DNA of 64,000 nucleotides, taken from the IMG/VR virus record IMGVR_UViG_3300033076_001137, positions 9,406 through 73,405 of that record; one strand, 5' to 3'. The stretch is from a virus. Its lineage: Duplodnaviria > Caudoviricetes. The position numbers and the translations under genes were made by a program. Shown in pieces: positions 8,985-19,347 of the stretch (position 1 is its first letter; each line of letters starts with the position of its first letter). The notes under the pieces were generated by a model that was not told the DNA's origin, made no database searches, and saw only the letters and a list, made by a program, of their open reading frames with translations.

Positions 8985-9410
8985 TTAATTATCACGCTCT
9001 GAGGATGATTGTCTAACCTTTATACCCGCGCTCGACAGAAGATCGAGACCTGATGTGTCACGATACTTCTCAAGATAGATCACCTCGTCGATTCGAGCAT
9101 TGATGATAGCTTTTGCGCACATGCGACATGGACTGAGACTTACGTACATCTTCTTACGTTTTGGACTGTTAAAATCTAGCTTTATCAAAGCGTTCACCTC
9201 AGCGTGAATAAAACCGGACTCCCCCGGCGCCTCGGACTCTCTGCAATTCGAACCCCCGGTGTGATCACCGTTGTAGCCCAAAGATAGAAGCTGCGTGTTA
9301 TCATCGGTCACGATGATCGCTGCGACCTTGAAGGATGGATCGGAGGAACGTCTAGCGATAGTATTAACGACGTCTCCCCAAACTTGATCCCAAGTTGGAC
9401 GATCATTCAT
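8985..9410 (-). CDS. dCMP deaminase (ComEB/T4 cd-like)
   Basis: Zn motifs HAEVNA and SPCRMC; LSLGYNG. Confidence 0.9.
   Translation of the reverse strand: MNDRPTWDQVWGDVVNTIARRSSDPSFKVAAIIVTDDNTQLLSLGYNGDHTGGSNCRESEAPGESGFIHAEVNALIKLDFNSPKRKKMYVSLSPCRMCAKAIINARIDEVIYLEKYRDTSGLDLLSSAGIKVRQSSSERDN
8986..8992 (-). promoter_or_regulatory. ATAnTTA putative late promoter (ATAATTA)
   Basis: Exact motif 26 nt upstream of the 8960 start, overlapping the dCMP deaminase stop. Confidence 0.6.
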
Positions 9411-10255
9411 GCGCCAGCTCCATCGAAAATGCTCTCAATGCTTACGCTCGGAGGAAGCGAAAACCCAGCTGCTTTTCTATGACCCCCGCCTCCGAATCGT
9501 TTTGCGACTTCACTGACGTCAGCATCATCATGATGAGCTCGAAGACTCACCTTCACCTGTCGAGTATCGTGATCGTAGTACCAGATGAGTGCGTAATCGC
9601 ATCTTGGTGAAAGAGCGTTTCCAATCTCGGACATCCAGTGAGGAGAATTAACGACAAGAACATCCTTACCGTCAATCTTCCTCGGAGCGGCGTGCTTTGC
9701 GATCTTGGAAATAACAGTCTTCGAATATGCTAGGATGTAGGCCCCGCGTTCCTGAGCGTTATCGACCGCAGAGTCATCGAGGTACTTGTCGAACTCCTCG
9801 AAGTCGAAAGGAACCATGTCAAAAGCTGCGGCGAACTCTTTGCTGTACGGGATCTCCCACTTCCAGAGGTCCCGATCTTCGATGTGACGGATCATTCGTG
9901 GAGGTTCCTTGCCCGGATGAAAGAACTTCCATGCCAGCATTGCACCGCTGTGATTCATATCGAAATGAGTGCAGGAAATGTCGTGAAGCTCCACCATAGC
10001 AGATTTATGATGATCGATGACGATGAGACCCTTCGCGTCCTTTATCATCCTCTTAGTCGTAGAGTTATCATAAGAGAAATCCACAATGACCACATTCTTG
10101 CCCTTTACGTCCGGAGGAGCCTCTCCATATTTCGCAGCGTGATACTCAGCTCGATCTCCGAGAAGCTTCCAGGCTGCGTAAGCAGCTCCGAAACCGTCAG
10201 TGCAATTTCCGTGATAAATGACAAGCTCAACGCTAGACGGCTCTAGAATAGACAT
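9407..10255 (-). CDS. DHH/DHHA1 phosphoesterase (nanoRNase-like)
   Basis: YHGNCTDG, IVDFS, IDHH and C-terminal GGGHRKAAG motifs. Confidence 0.9.
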   Translation of the reverse strand: MSILEPSSVELVIYHGNCTDGFGAAYAAWKLLGDRAEYHAAKYGEAPPDVKGKNVVIVDFSYDNSTTKRMIKDAKGLIVIDHHKSAMVELHDISCTHFDMNHSGAMLAWKFFHPGKEPPRMIRHIEDRDLWKWEIPYSKEFAAAFDMVPFDFEEFDKYLDDSAVDNAQERGAYILAYSKTVISKIAKHAAPRKIDGKDVLVVNSPHWMSEIGNALSPRCDYALIWYYDHDTRQVKVSLRAHHDDADVSEVAKRFGGGGHRKAAGFSLPPSVSIESIFDGAGA

Positions 10256-10272
10256 GTTCCCTCTTCACCAAA

Positions 10273-10848
10273 TTATTCCGCAAGAAGGTCGGAATTACAC
10301 ATGATGGGATGATGACGGAAACATCTCGGCTCGTACATGCTCTTTCCCCCCACTTCGATCTCAAGATCACTATCGCTTAGCTTTGCGGTGTAATACGCAT
10401 CGTTTCCGCAAACCGGGCACACGGCCGAGCATTTCTCGATCTTGGTAGCGTATGGCATCAATCTCTCGATCTCGTCGAACGGCTTGCATCGTGCACTAAG
10501 ATCAAGACTGGCGACCAACACTGTAGTGCCCCTCCGCATGATCTGGAGGACCGCTGAGGTCACTCCATCAATCATGAAGGCTTCGTCTATAGCCACCGCA
10601 TCAATTGTCTCCTCGTATGACTGGAAGTGGTTCCAGAGCATCTGCCCAGAATTGACGCAATGGGCTGGCCACTTGGCGCCTGAATGGGTGGTGATATGGG
10701 AAAGCGAATACCTCTCATCCATCGTTGGTTTGTAAGCAATTACCTTCCTTCCCTGGAGCTTTAATCTCTCCATGGAAGCAACGAGACGTGTGGTCTTAGA
10801 TCCCCACATAGGTCCAGTATAGATGATAAGATCAGGGTTGTTTGGCAT
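10273..10848 (-). CDS. tdk: thymidine kinase
   Basis: GPMWGSKT P-loop, IDEAF, CSAVC...C Zn site, EVGGKSMYEPRCFRH; ATG at 10848 preferred (track gives 10872). Confidence 0.9.
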   Translation of the reverse strand: MPNNPDLIIYTGPMWGSKTTRLVASMERLKLQGRKVIAYKPTMDERYSLSHITTHSGAKWPAHCVNSGQMLWNHFQSYEETIDAVAIDEAFMIDGVTSAVLQIMRRGTTVLVASLDLSARCKPFDEIERLMPYATKIEKCSAVCPVCGNDAYYTAKLSDSDLEIEVGGKSMYEPRCFRHHPIMCNSDLLAE

Positions 10849-11245
10849 TCGCTCTTCCATAATCGTCCTCAATTCTTATGGGTTCATTATCATGACGATC
10901 ACCGATCTCGATCAGCTTACAATCCTCGAGAGCGGTCAATCGATACGGACACTCCGACAGTACGTGAATAACGTCGCCCTTCCGTAGAATTCTTGATTGC
11001 ATCGGGTGCTTTTCTGGACGGTTCATTGTTTCAGAATTTCCAAAATCGACCCTGACGGTTCCATCCAAAACAACGAAAACTTCGTTCTTCAACGTATGAT
11101 ACTTTAGACTTGTCCTGTGACCCTCGCGAATATGAATGATCTTGCCATGAGTTCCGTGAACACCGTCCCAAACGTAGGACTCCCCCCAGGGTCTATTCTC
11201 GAACCGGGCTGTCGAAGTCCAAATATGCTTAGGCGCTCTTCCCAT
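10832..11245 (-). CDS. cupin, type II mannose-6-phosphate isomerase-like
   Basis: RPWG...GKIIHIREGHRTSLKYHTLKNEVFVVLDG resembles the ManC/MPI C-terminal cupin. Confidence 0.7.
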   Translation of the reverse strand: MGRAPKHIWTSTARFENRPWGESYVWDGVHGTHGKIIHIREGHRTSLKYHTLKNEVFVVLDGTVRVDFGNSETMNRPEKHPMQSRILRKGDVIHVLSECPYRLTALEDCKLIEIGDRHDNEPIRIEDDYGRANAKQP

Positions 11246-12248
11246 CGAGTCCCCACCATCTTAGTGTAATTTCGAGACCTTCCTCGAACTGCACATGCGG
11301 TACCCAACCAAGAGCCTGATTGATGATGTTGACATCAGCAAGCGTGTCCCTCACATCGCCCGGGCGTGCTGGAGCATGTGCAATCTCGAGATTGGGAAAT
11401 CGATCCTTGAACATATCGAGAACCTCGATATTCGCGTACGACTTTCCAGATCCAACATTGAAAGCGTGACCCCGGAGATCATGCTGCGTCTCAGCTGCCA
11501 GACGATTGGCTCGAGCAACGTCGCCAACGAATACAAGGTCACGTGTCTGGTACCCATCACCGTCCGAACGGAGAGGACGACCTTCCTTCAACGCGCTGCA
11601 CCAGGCTGCAACGGCGGTGGAGTATGGTGACTTACCGTCCTGACCCGGTCCATACACGTTGAAGTAACGAAGGCACACGCTCTTCTGCTGATACAGACGT
11701 CCGAATAGCGTGAGATAGTCCTCGATCATGCGCTTCTGAAGACCGTAAGGAGACTGCGGGTTCGAAGGAGCGAACTCGGTGGTGGGAAGCTGCTCGATGT
11801 CACCATAGATCGCGGAGGAGGAAGAGAACACGAACTTCGTGCTTCCGCCGCGGAGGGCGTCGAGAAGTGCAAGAGTGCGTGTGACATTGAGATCATTCGA
11901 TTCGAACGGGTACTCAACAGAGAACCCAACGCGTGGCATCGCTGCAAGATGGAAGATGACATCATAGCGTCCGGACTTCGAATGTCCTAGGACTTCTCTA
12001 TGTGCAAAATCACCCTCAATGACAAGCACGGAGCCCGTCTTTCGCTCCGACTCTGGATGCTTCAGCTCGAAATCTGGGAGCAGATCTGCAGGACATGCTC
12101 GAAAATTGAGACCATTCAGAGCATCGAGAGAGCCGTTGGACATGTCATCGACAACATCGACAGTATAATCATGAGCTACGAGCTCACGAACGACGTGGGA
12201 ACCAATAAAACCGCATCCGCCCGTTACAAGGGCTCGCTTATTACTCAT
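11229..12248 (-). CDS. NAD-dependent NDP-sugar epimerase/dehydratase
   Basis: TGGCGFIGSH, SSSSAIYG, YGLQK (YxxxK), YFNVYGP, GDGYQTRD. Confidence 0.92.
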   Translation of the reverse strand: MSNKRALVTGGCGFIGSHVVRELVAHDYTVDVVDDMSNGSLDALNGLNFRACPADLLPDFELKHPESERKTGSVLVIEGDFAHREVLGHSKSGRYDVIFHLAAMPRVGFSVEYPFESNDLNVTRTLALLDALRGGSTKFVFSSSSAIYGDIEQLPTTEFAPSNPQSPYGLQKRMIEDYLTLFGRLYQQKSVCLRYFNVYGPGQDGKSPYSTAVAAWCSALKEGRPLRSDGDGYQTRDLVFVGDVARANRLAAETQHDLRGHAFNVGSGKSYANIEVLDMFKDRFPNLEIAHAPARPGDVRDTLADVNIINQALGWVPHVQFEEGLEITLRWWGLDGKSA

Positions 12249-12251
12249 TTG

Positions 12252-13238
12252 TTACCTCTTGAAAAAGTGATAGCCAGGATGTTCAGTGCTGACAATTAGA
12301 CGACGAGCGTGACTCTCGTCCTTCATCTTTCTAGCGCGAAAAGAGATGAGAATGTTAGACCAATCGTTCACGAGCGATCGAGCCGCAGGATCTTCTAGAG
12401 CATCGCTCAGTTTTGGAGATACAAGCACGAATCCGTCCTTGATCGCTCCCTCGCTCGCTTCCCACACCGCTCTTTCGACGCTCATCAAATCATTGATGGG
12501 AAAGCTCTTGGGAAGAGCTGGCATCGGACGACCTAAGTTATCGCTTGAATTTGCGATCGCGTTGAGCATCTCGAAATCTCGCTCATAGCAGTGGAGGGAA
12601 TTGGAAGTGTGAACGTACTCTCCAAGATCAACCTCAAGCTCATTCGCAAGAACTTCCTGCATAATCGTAAAAGCAGGAACGTCGTACGCGATTCCGAGAA
12701 TGATATCGCTGGAGCGCATGTTAACGTGCAGATGAAGTTTGCCATCACGGATGAAGAACTGGAGCGCAAGTGTGCATGGTACGTCCTTAACAGCGTGAAG
12801 AGAGTCATCGGGAGTTCTGATATGGATGACAGCACGACGGCTATCAGGATCACGCTTGAGTTCTTCCTTCACGTACTTCCACTGATTCAGACCGCCGTCG
12901 GCAATTCGCGGATGCAGCTTGAAAATTCTAGCGCCGTAAGCTGAATTTGCCGTCAGACCGTCATCACTGATGTCCTTCCAGAAAGAAGCGTAACGGGAGA
13001 TCCACTCGGTGGAATTGTTACCGCTCATATACCATAACGTCTCAGCCACGAAATACGATAGCGAAAAATTACGAGCTTCGATATGAGGAAGACGATCGCG
13101 AACGTTTCTGATCCTAAACTGAACGCCTAGCTTCTCCTTGATCTTCATACCGCGTGGTGATGAGACGAAATCCGACTCATCACGAATCATGCGGCACAGA
13201 TCAACGTAAGCGTGCGAGAAATTTCCGTAAGTCTTCAT
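12252..13238 (-). CDS. thymidylate-synthase-fold dCMP hydroxymethylase (T4 gp42-like)
   Basis: DVPCTLALQFFIRDGKLHLHVNMRSSDIILGIAYDVPAF: catalytic Cys present; Asp (AYD) replaces the ThyA Asn (PFN) that specifies dUMP; ATG at 13238 overlaps the kinase TGA. Confidence 0.8.
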   Translation of the reverse strand: MKTYGNFSHAYVDLCRMIRDESDFVSSPRGMKIKEKLGVQFRIRNVRDRLPHIEARNFSLSYFVAETLWYMSGNNSTEWISRYASFWKDISDDGLTANSAYGARIFKLHPRIADGGLNQWKYVKEELKRDPDSRRAVIHIRTPDDSLHAVKDVPCTLALQFFIRDGKLHLHVNMRSSDIILGIAYDVPAFTIMQEVLANELEVDLGEYVHTSNSLHCYERDFEMLNAIANSSDNLGRPMPALPKSFPINDLMSVERAVWEASEGAIKDGFVLVSPKLSDALEDPAARSLVNDWSNILISFRARKMKDESHARRLIVSTEHPGYHFFKR

Positions 13239-13750
13239 AGCTTCAGCCACTCCCTAATTTCGAGCGTCTCACGCTCGAGATTTTCGTCATCAACCCAGAT
13301 CGTAAGGACCTCACACTTCGTCCACTTCTCAAACTCTGCATAGAGGCCGTCAAGCCTCTCGAGCGCGTGAGAGTCAATGTAACTGTGGAGGTCGTCACAT
13401 ATCCCATTATAACTCTTCCTGCGGCAGATAACAATCTTACCGTTGGCTTCCGCAAACTTTTCGTCAACCTTACGAAGAACCTCGTCATCTGTCTCACGGT
13501 TGAAGTGCCTTGAGTAAACCCATTCCGACGCATAATTCCTGTCCATGATGACACTAGCGCGTGTCTGATGGAGAAAATCAGTCAGGAATGTGGCTCCGTA
13601 TTTCAGAAGATTCTTGAAATAGCTCGGATCACGTAGATCAGTGAACCACTCTCCCGAATTCTTGAATACTGGGAGTCCCAGTTGACGGGAAAGTTCAGCA
13701 GCGACTTGCGTCTTTCCCGTCATATCTGGACCTTCGAGTGCGATCAACAT
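13235..13750 (-). CDS. dNMP (thymidylate-type) kinase
   Basis: LEGPDMTGKT P-loop, MDRNYASEWVY. Confidence 0.85.
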   Translation of the reverse strand: MLIALEGPDMTGKTQVAAELSRQLGLPVFKNSGEWFTDLRDPSYFKNLLKYGATFLTDFLHQTRASVIMDRNYASEWVYSRHFNRETDDEVLRKVDEKFAEANGKIVICRRKSYNGICDDLHSYIDSHALERLDGLYAEFEKWTKCEVLTIWVDDENLERETLEIREWLKL

Positions 13751-13751
13751 C

Positions 13752-14807
13752 TTAACCTCGCTTTGCGTGTTGTTCGATCATATCAATCTTATGCTCGGGA
13801 CTAAAATCTACAACCTTCCGGAGAGCCTCTTCCTGGCGAGCGATAATATCAACTCGCTCAGCGACGGTCGTCTGGGAAAGTCGAGTCACTGCTCGTACGA
13901 CGTCCTCGGGATCATTGACAAGAAACTCTCCAAGCCCTACGGGTCGAGCGTGAACGTATTCATTAGGAATGAGCGATACGACACCTGCCTGGATCGCCTC
14001 GGTGAAGCGCATGGTGATGTTGCCGTACGGTGTGTAATCATCACGTGTGATGTGCGTCACGGCAATCGAGTTGTTGATGATTCCGAAGATCTCCTTGTAC
14101 GCGAGACGATGTCCGAAGGCAACATGTGGATTCTCGCGGAGAAGGACGCTCGGATCCCTGCGCTCAGGGCTTCTCTCCAACCAGTTGCCCCAGACCTTTG
14201 TCTGAATTCCGCGCTCTCGAAGAGCGCTGCTTGGCTGCGAATAGTACTTCTTAAATTGTGGATCACGATCGTAGTTGTTACCAACGTATGTGTAGTTGTA
14301 CGAGTACTCAGCCGGCTTGAAGAGTCGACGTGCAGAGGATGCCCACGGCATAGAAATACGCGAACGCGTCTGCTCTCGTGGATTGATGCATGCATCAGCG
14401 AGCTGAGCGTTTGGCCACCGTTGTTCCTCCTCGGGTGTCATCTTCAGATCGCCATCGTGAATGATGATGGGAACTCCCTTCTCGTGATAGTAATCAAGGA
14501 GAGCACACTGGCGTCGATAATCAGGTTCGGTCGCTCGATCACCACCGAGAGTAGAATCATTCTTCCAAGTTGGCCAACGCCACTCAACGAAAAGAACGTC
14601 GCCATCAGGAAATCCGGTGTCATCGTACTGAACGCCCGGATAAGGATCATCATCACGACGCTGCTGAACCTGGATCACCGTATGTCCACGGCGTTGCATC
14701 TCATCCACAAGATCAACTCGACCTCCTCGATAGTGATCTGGTGTTGCGGAGACAGTCTGCTTTTCGAAAGGGGTCACGAAGCCCCAGAAAGAGTATAGAA
14801 TTCGCAT
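13752..14807 (-). CDS. GT-B DNA glycosyltransferase, T4 beta-glucosyltransferase-like
   Basis: 351 aa; C-terminal domain YVGN...VWGN...AFGHRL...NSIAVTHI...DY...ITMRFTEAIQAGVVSLI parallels the recalled T4 BGT pattern (FFGN...SQAIAALI...NY...ITLRVWE). Confidence 0.7.
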   Translation of the reverse strand: MRILYSFWGFVTPFEKQTVSATPDHYRGGRVDLVDEMQRRGHTVIQVQQRRDDDPYPGVQYDDTGFPDGDVLFVEWRWPTWKNDSTLGGDRATEPDYRRQCALLDYYHEKGVPIIIHDGDLKMTPEEEQRWPNAQLADACINPREQTRSRISMPWASSARRLFKPAEYSYNYTYVGNNYDRDPQFKKYYSQPSSALRERGIQTKVWGNWLERSPERRDPSVLLRENPHVAFGHRLAYKEIFGIINNSIAVTHITRDDYTPYGNITMRFTEAIQAGVVSLIPNEYVHARPVGLGEFLVNDPEDVVRAVTRLSQTTVAERVDIIARQEEALRKVVDFSPEHKIDMIEQHAKRG

Positions 14808-14815
14808 GATTTACC

Positions 14816-17800
14816 TCACATAACCTTGATTTTCTTACCTTTTGTCGACAACCCGAAGTCAGAACGATCAACCTCGGCAACGCATAGGGTGTATGGTTCG
14901 AATCCAATCTTACCATCCCAATCCCACATGAACATCTTTTCCGTATTTCCGGCCTCACCCATCACCTGAAGCATCAAGTAGGGCTTTCCATTCTTTGTCT
15001 TCTTCTCGACCGAGCTCACGATGACAAACCAGTAGATGTCAAGTCTCTCCCAACTGTCGATGGAGTAAACCTCCTTGTCTTTGAACTTTTGACGAAGCTC
15101 AGGAGACACGAGAGAGAGTGGATCCATCTTACCAGAAAGTTCGATCTGCATAAGTGCCATCTCGCGACGGGTCCATTCGGGCATACCCTCAGTCTCGACT
15201 ATGAGCTCTCGGAACTTCTTAATTCCACGCTGCGGATCTTTCTTGGCCCACTTCTTGATATCCTCGGCATTTTCGACAAGAACGTGGTGCATCTGCTTCC
15301 ACGAAGAGAACTGCCTATCCTTTCCGACAACTTTCATCGACTCGAAAGCGTTAGCCTTGATAAGAGCCTCGAGGGCTCGACGGTTGAATTTCGATGGACG
15401 CCACTGACCGTCCTCCTTCCACAGCATCTCCTCGATGCTTCGGTACGGACGACATGTCACGATCTCCTCGATCGCCGTCTCGCCAACGCCCTTAATCGTG
15501 TTGAACGATGGAATAAGCAGCTTGCGCTCCGAATCAACGGACCACTGGTTCGTGGAGAGATTGATATCGACGTTGCCGATTTCGTACCCCATCTTCTTCA
15601 CGTCAGAGATTGCCTGAGATCGATCGTCTGGATTGCCAATCATCGATTCCATGTAAGCGCAGAGCCACTCAGCCTCGTAGTAAGTCAGCAGCCAGGCGCA
15701 GTAGAAAGAGTCGATAGCGTAGGCCAGAGCGTGTGAGAGGTTGAAGCCGTAACCTGCGAAGAAGAGGATGTCATCCCAGAGCTTCGAAGCGACAGATTCC
15801 TTGATACCGTTGCCGACCGCGCCGTTGACGAAGTTGTCCTTCATCGCCTTCGCTTTCTTCATCGATTCCTCAGGGTTGCCGCCCTGCCGCTTCAGGATGT
15901 TCTTACGTACCTTGTCACACTCGGACTTCGGGAACCCAGCCACCACGTTACAGAGCTGCATGAGCTGCTCTTGGAAGATGATGCACCCGAACGTCGGCTC
16001 GAGAACCTGCTTGATGAGCGGGTGCTTGTAGTCGATATTTCGAGGGTTCGCTTTCGCCTCGAGGTAGAGCTTATCAACCTTTGCTGCAAGAGGACCGGGT
16101 CGGAAAACCGAGGTCAGGGTTGCGATATCGATGATCGATCTGGGCTTCGCGTTCTGGAAGAGACGTTGGGCTCCCTTGCTGGTGAGCTGGAATACACCGG
16201 GAGTTCTGGAAGTTGCCTCGTGGTAGACATTCTCATACACCTTCTGATCATCGAAGTTGATCACGTCAGTTGCCATATGTTGATCGAACCACGTCTTAAC
16301 CTCTTGGAACGTCGGATTCTTGATCCCATGATGACGCTGGAGGATGAGCTCAATCGTTCGATGGATGGTTCGAAGAGTTTCAAGCCCTAGCAGGTCGAAC
16401 TTAACCCAGCCCAACATCTCGAGATGTTTATAGTTCATACCCTCGACCCACGGCGTCTGCTGCTCACCCTTCGCCATGATGAGTGGCATTCGCTCCTGGA
16501 TGCGCTCCGAGATGATGACACCACCAGCATGTCTACCAAGCGCCTTGTTCTGCCGGAAGAGAACCTTGATCGATTCGGAAACCTGTGGGTATCGATCGAT
16601 GAATTCTCGGAAGCTCTGGCAGTGCTCGTAGCTGTCCTCGAAAGTCAGGACGAAGAGGTTCTTGTCATCGCCAACCTTCTTGGTTGCCTCCATGACCTCT
16701 TTCTCGACAGTCTTCAGGGCTGCGTTGACCTCCTCGAGCGGAATATCGTACAGTCGAGAAACATCTCGGATGAGTGTCTTGAGCTTGAAGGTGTTGTAGT
16801 TCGAGATCGGAACGATGTTCTCGCCGCCGAACTTCTCGCGTAGGATCGAGAGGAGCAGGTCGCGGTTCTCAACGTCGGTATCGATGTCAGGCAGACCCTC
16901 ACGGTCGGGCGACAGGAATCGCTCGAAGAGAAGACCGTACTTGATTGGATCAACGTCGGTGATGCCAAGTACGTAGCAGACGAGGGAGCCGGCACCGGAT
17001 CCTCGACCGACGCCGACGAACATCTGCTCCTTCGCGGCAGAGATGATCTCCTTCATCGTGAGGAAGTAGGACGCGAAATCCTTCTGCTTGATGACGTCAA
17101 GCTCGTAACGGGCACGCTCGACGTACTCGGGATTCTTATCGAAACCCTTCGCAGCGAGACCAGCCTCGACCGACTCAACGAGAGCCTCATTCGCGGTCTT
17201 GCCCTTCGGGATGACGTAGCTCGGTAGCTTCACGGATCGATCAGGCTGAACGTCACCGATCTCCTCGTGAGCAAGATGCCAGGTACGCTCGACCGCCTTG
17301 CGAACAAGCTCCTCCTCACCGCGGTAGAAATCATCGGTCCCACGGGAGATCATGAACTCATCCCAGACCTGAGTCGCGTTCTTCGGGTAGAGCTCACACT
17401 TCAGCTGGTCCTTGCTCTTCGGGATCGAATCCGCCGAGAGGTCAGCGTAGTTGAGCCAGCCGAGCTTCTTGTAGATCTCGCGTTCCTTCCAATGCTCCGG
17501 ACGCGCGTAGTGGGAGTCGCAGGTGACAACGAGCTGGTCAGTCATGCCCTGACGCTTGGCGAACTCCATGATCGCTCGATTGACGATGTGCTGGGCTGGC
17601 AGACGGTTGAACTGAAGCTCGAGCATCACGTTCTTACGACCCACCGCCCAGGCAAGGCTGTCGAACGAATTTCCCACACGATTGATAACACGTTCCATGA
17701 TCGAGGGATCATTGAGGAGTCGGCTGTTCAGACTCTCAAAGCTGTGCTCCTGCAGCTCACGGAAGACCTCAAAAGCGAGTGGACCACCGATGCAAGCAGT

Positions 17801-18457
17801 CGAGACGATGAAATTGTCATCCTCCTGCGCCTCCTTAAGCATTGCCAGGTCGACTCGAGGGAACTTGTAGAAACCCTCGGAGTAACCGCGACTCACTAGA
17901 CCGAAGAGGCGCTCAAGACCCTTGCTGTGTCGCGGGAGGACCACGAGGTGGTGACGACGGTTGATCGGGTTGAAGTGCTTCGTGCTCTTCGTCTCGTCCT
18001 CGTTCTCGATAGTGAGAGCCGAAGCGTCGGTATCGATGCCGATCGTCTCATCATTCTCATCGGTGACAGCGATGATGGGAGTCACCACGCTCTCGGGCTT
18101 CTCCTTCGCCTTCGCGTGACTCTTACGATCTCGCTTGAGCTGCTGCCACTCATGATACTCAGCCTGCCAGGCGTTGAGATCAGGGTGGATGTACATCTCA
18201 CAGCCTGGAATGAACTTCAAGTTCTTCCCAGCCTTCTTCAGCTTATCAGCGTGAAGCCACGCGTGACCGAAGCCGTTCATCTGACCGTGATCGGTCAGGC
18301 TCCAACCATCGAGACCGTTCTCAAGACAGAAGTCGATGTGTTCTTGCGGGTAACCAAGTCCGTCGAACGTGGTTACTTAGGAGAATCCGCTGTGCGAGTG
18401 AAGCCCAAAGAAGCGGCTCGGCACTCGCACGGGATTCTCATTTCCTCCGGTGCTCAT
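14816..18457 (-). CDS. dnaE: DNA polymerase III alpha subunit, interrupted by an in-frame TAA in a 9-nt insertion
   Basis: GRGSGAGSL, PDIDTD, GRHAGG, KFDLLGL, IIFQEQ, YGFNLSH and an OB fold. In-frame upstream of the track start (18280): ATG 18457 MSTGGNENPVRVPSRFFGLHSHSGFS*VTTFDGLGYPQEHIDFCLENGLDGWSLTDHGQ. Confidence 0.92.
18371..18379 (-). other. 9-nt stop-containing insertion TAAGTAACC in dnaE (candidate recoding/bypass element)
   Basis: Removing it restores HSHSGFSTFDG, matching the DnaE PHP consensus spacing HxH(S/T)x(Y/F)SxxDG. Confidence 0.8.
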
Positions 18458-19332
18458 GTTGTTTCCCAGTTGATAAGGTTTGCGTACGTTATGTACAATT
18501 CATTATACTCTGGTGCGCCAATCATTTGCACGATTTCAGCCGGATGCTCGTGTCGAAATAAATCTAGCTTTCTACGAGCAGAATCAGTCATGTATCCCTT
18601 GATTTCGTAAAAAATCCCATCGACCTTGAAATCTGGGGTGTAAGTTGTTCCGTCAGAGAGCGTGAAGGATTCTGATTCATATTCGAAATCTTTTCCCTGA
18701 AGCTTCAGGATTCTAGCGAAGTTCGCTTCCCACGTGCTTCTCACGTAGAAACCAAGATCTTCTCTAAAACCTCCACGGCCGCGATGATTTCTTAGTCGTC
18801 CCTCTCTCACTCGCTTCGCAGCAGAAAGACTCATTTTCATTCTAGATTCATCTCCCATCTTCTTACCTCGACGGAGATTTGAAACTCTAGCGCGACCCTC
18901 TTCAGTCTGTGTCCAATGAGTTTTATTTCTCATCTTTCCAGAAGACCATCTTTCTTTCATCAGTTTGGAAAGTTTCTCACGATGTTCGGCGGTGTTCGGA
19001 TCCCATCCATCTTCATAACGTTTTTTCATGGATGCGCTTTTCGCAAGACGTTGAGCTTCGTCTTGAATGTAACCGCCCGTTGCTCGTCGAGTAGACACCA
19101 TGTTCGATTTAATGCAAATCGGACAATTTTTCGAAGTTTGGCGGCGAGTTACGTCGACGAAAGGCTTGAAACATGTTTCGCAATCCTTTTGAACGCCCTC
19201 AGTTTTCACTAAAGTTTCAGCTTTTCTCTGTGATCTTAAAGCATAAGAGCACTCTTTTCTTCCACAAGTCTCACGACTGGATCTCGCGACTTGTGCATCA
19301 ATCCCGCAAATTCGACAAATGATAATTGGCAT
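18454..19332 (-). mobile_element. free-standing putative homing endonuclease (CxxC pairs + NUMOD3-like repeats + PD-(D/E)xK domain)
   Basis: CRIC, CGRKEC, CETC, CPIC; HREKLSKLMK and RGKKMGDESRMKMSLS; RSTWEANFA...YTPDF...YEIKGY; visibly more AT-rich than neighbours. Confidence 0.75.
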
Positions 19333-19347
19333 CGATCACTCCGACGT

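Noticed and set aside
12252-13238. Ordinary ThyA thymidylate synthase
   Set aside because: Asp instead of the dUMP-specifying Asn, gp42-like motif context, neighbouring kinase and glycosyltransferase, and a separate ThyX
14816-18280. ORF-track start of dnaE at 18280
   Set aside because: It would omit the HxH, DG and TDHG PHP ligands, which are present in frame upstream from ATG 18457
18371-18379. Global stop-codon reassignment (TAA read as sense) as the explanation
   Set aside because: TAA terminates many well-defined genes here (for example at 608, 5712, 7204, 29759), as do TGA and TAG; reassignment would also leave a 3-residue insertion in a conserved motif
18371-19332. Group I intron or intein in dnaE carrying the endonuclease
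   Set aside because: The endonuclease lies upstream of the whole dnaE gene, not between exons; 9 nt cannot form a ribozyme core, and no intein C/S...HN motifs are present
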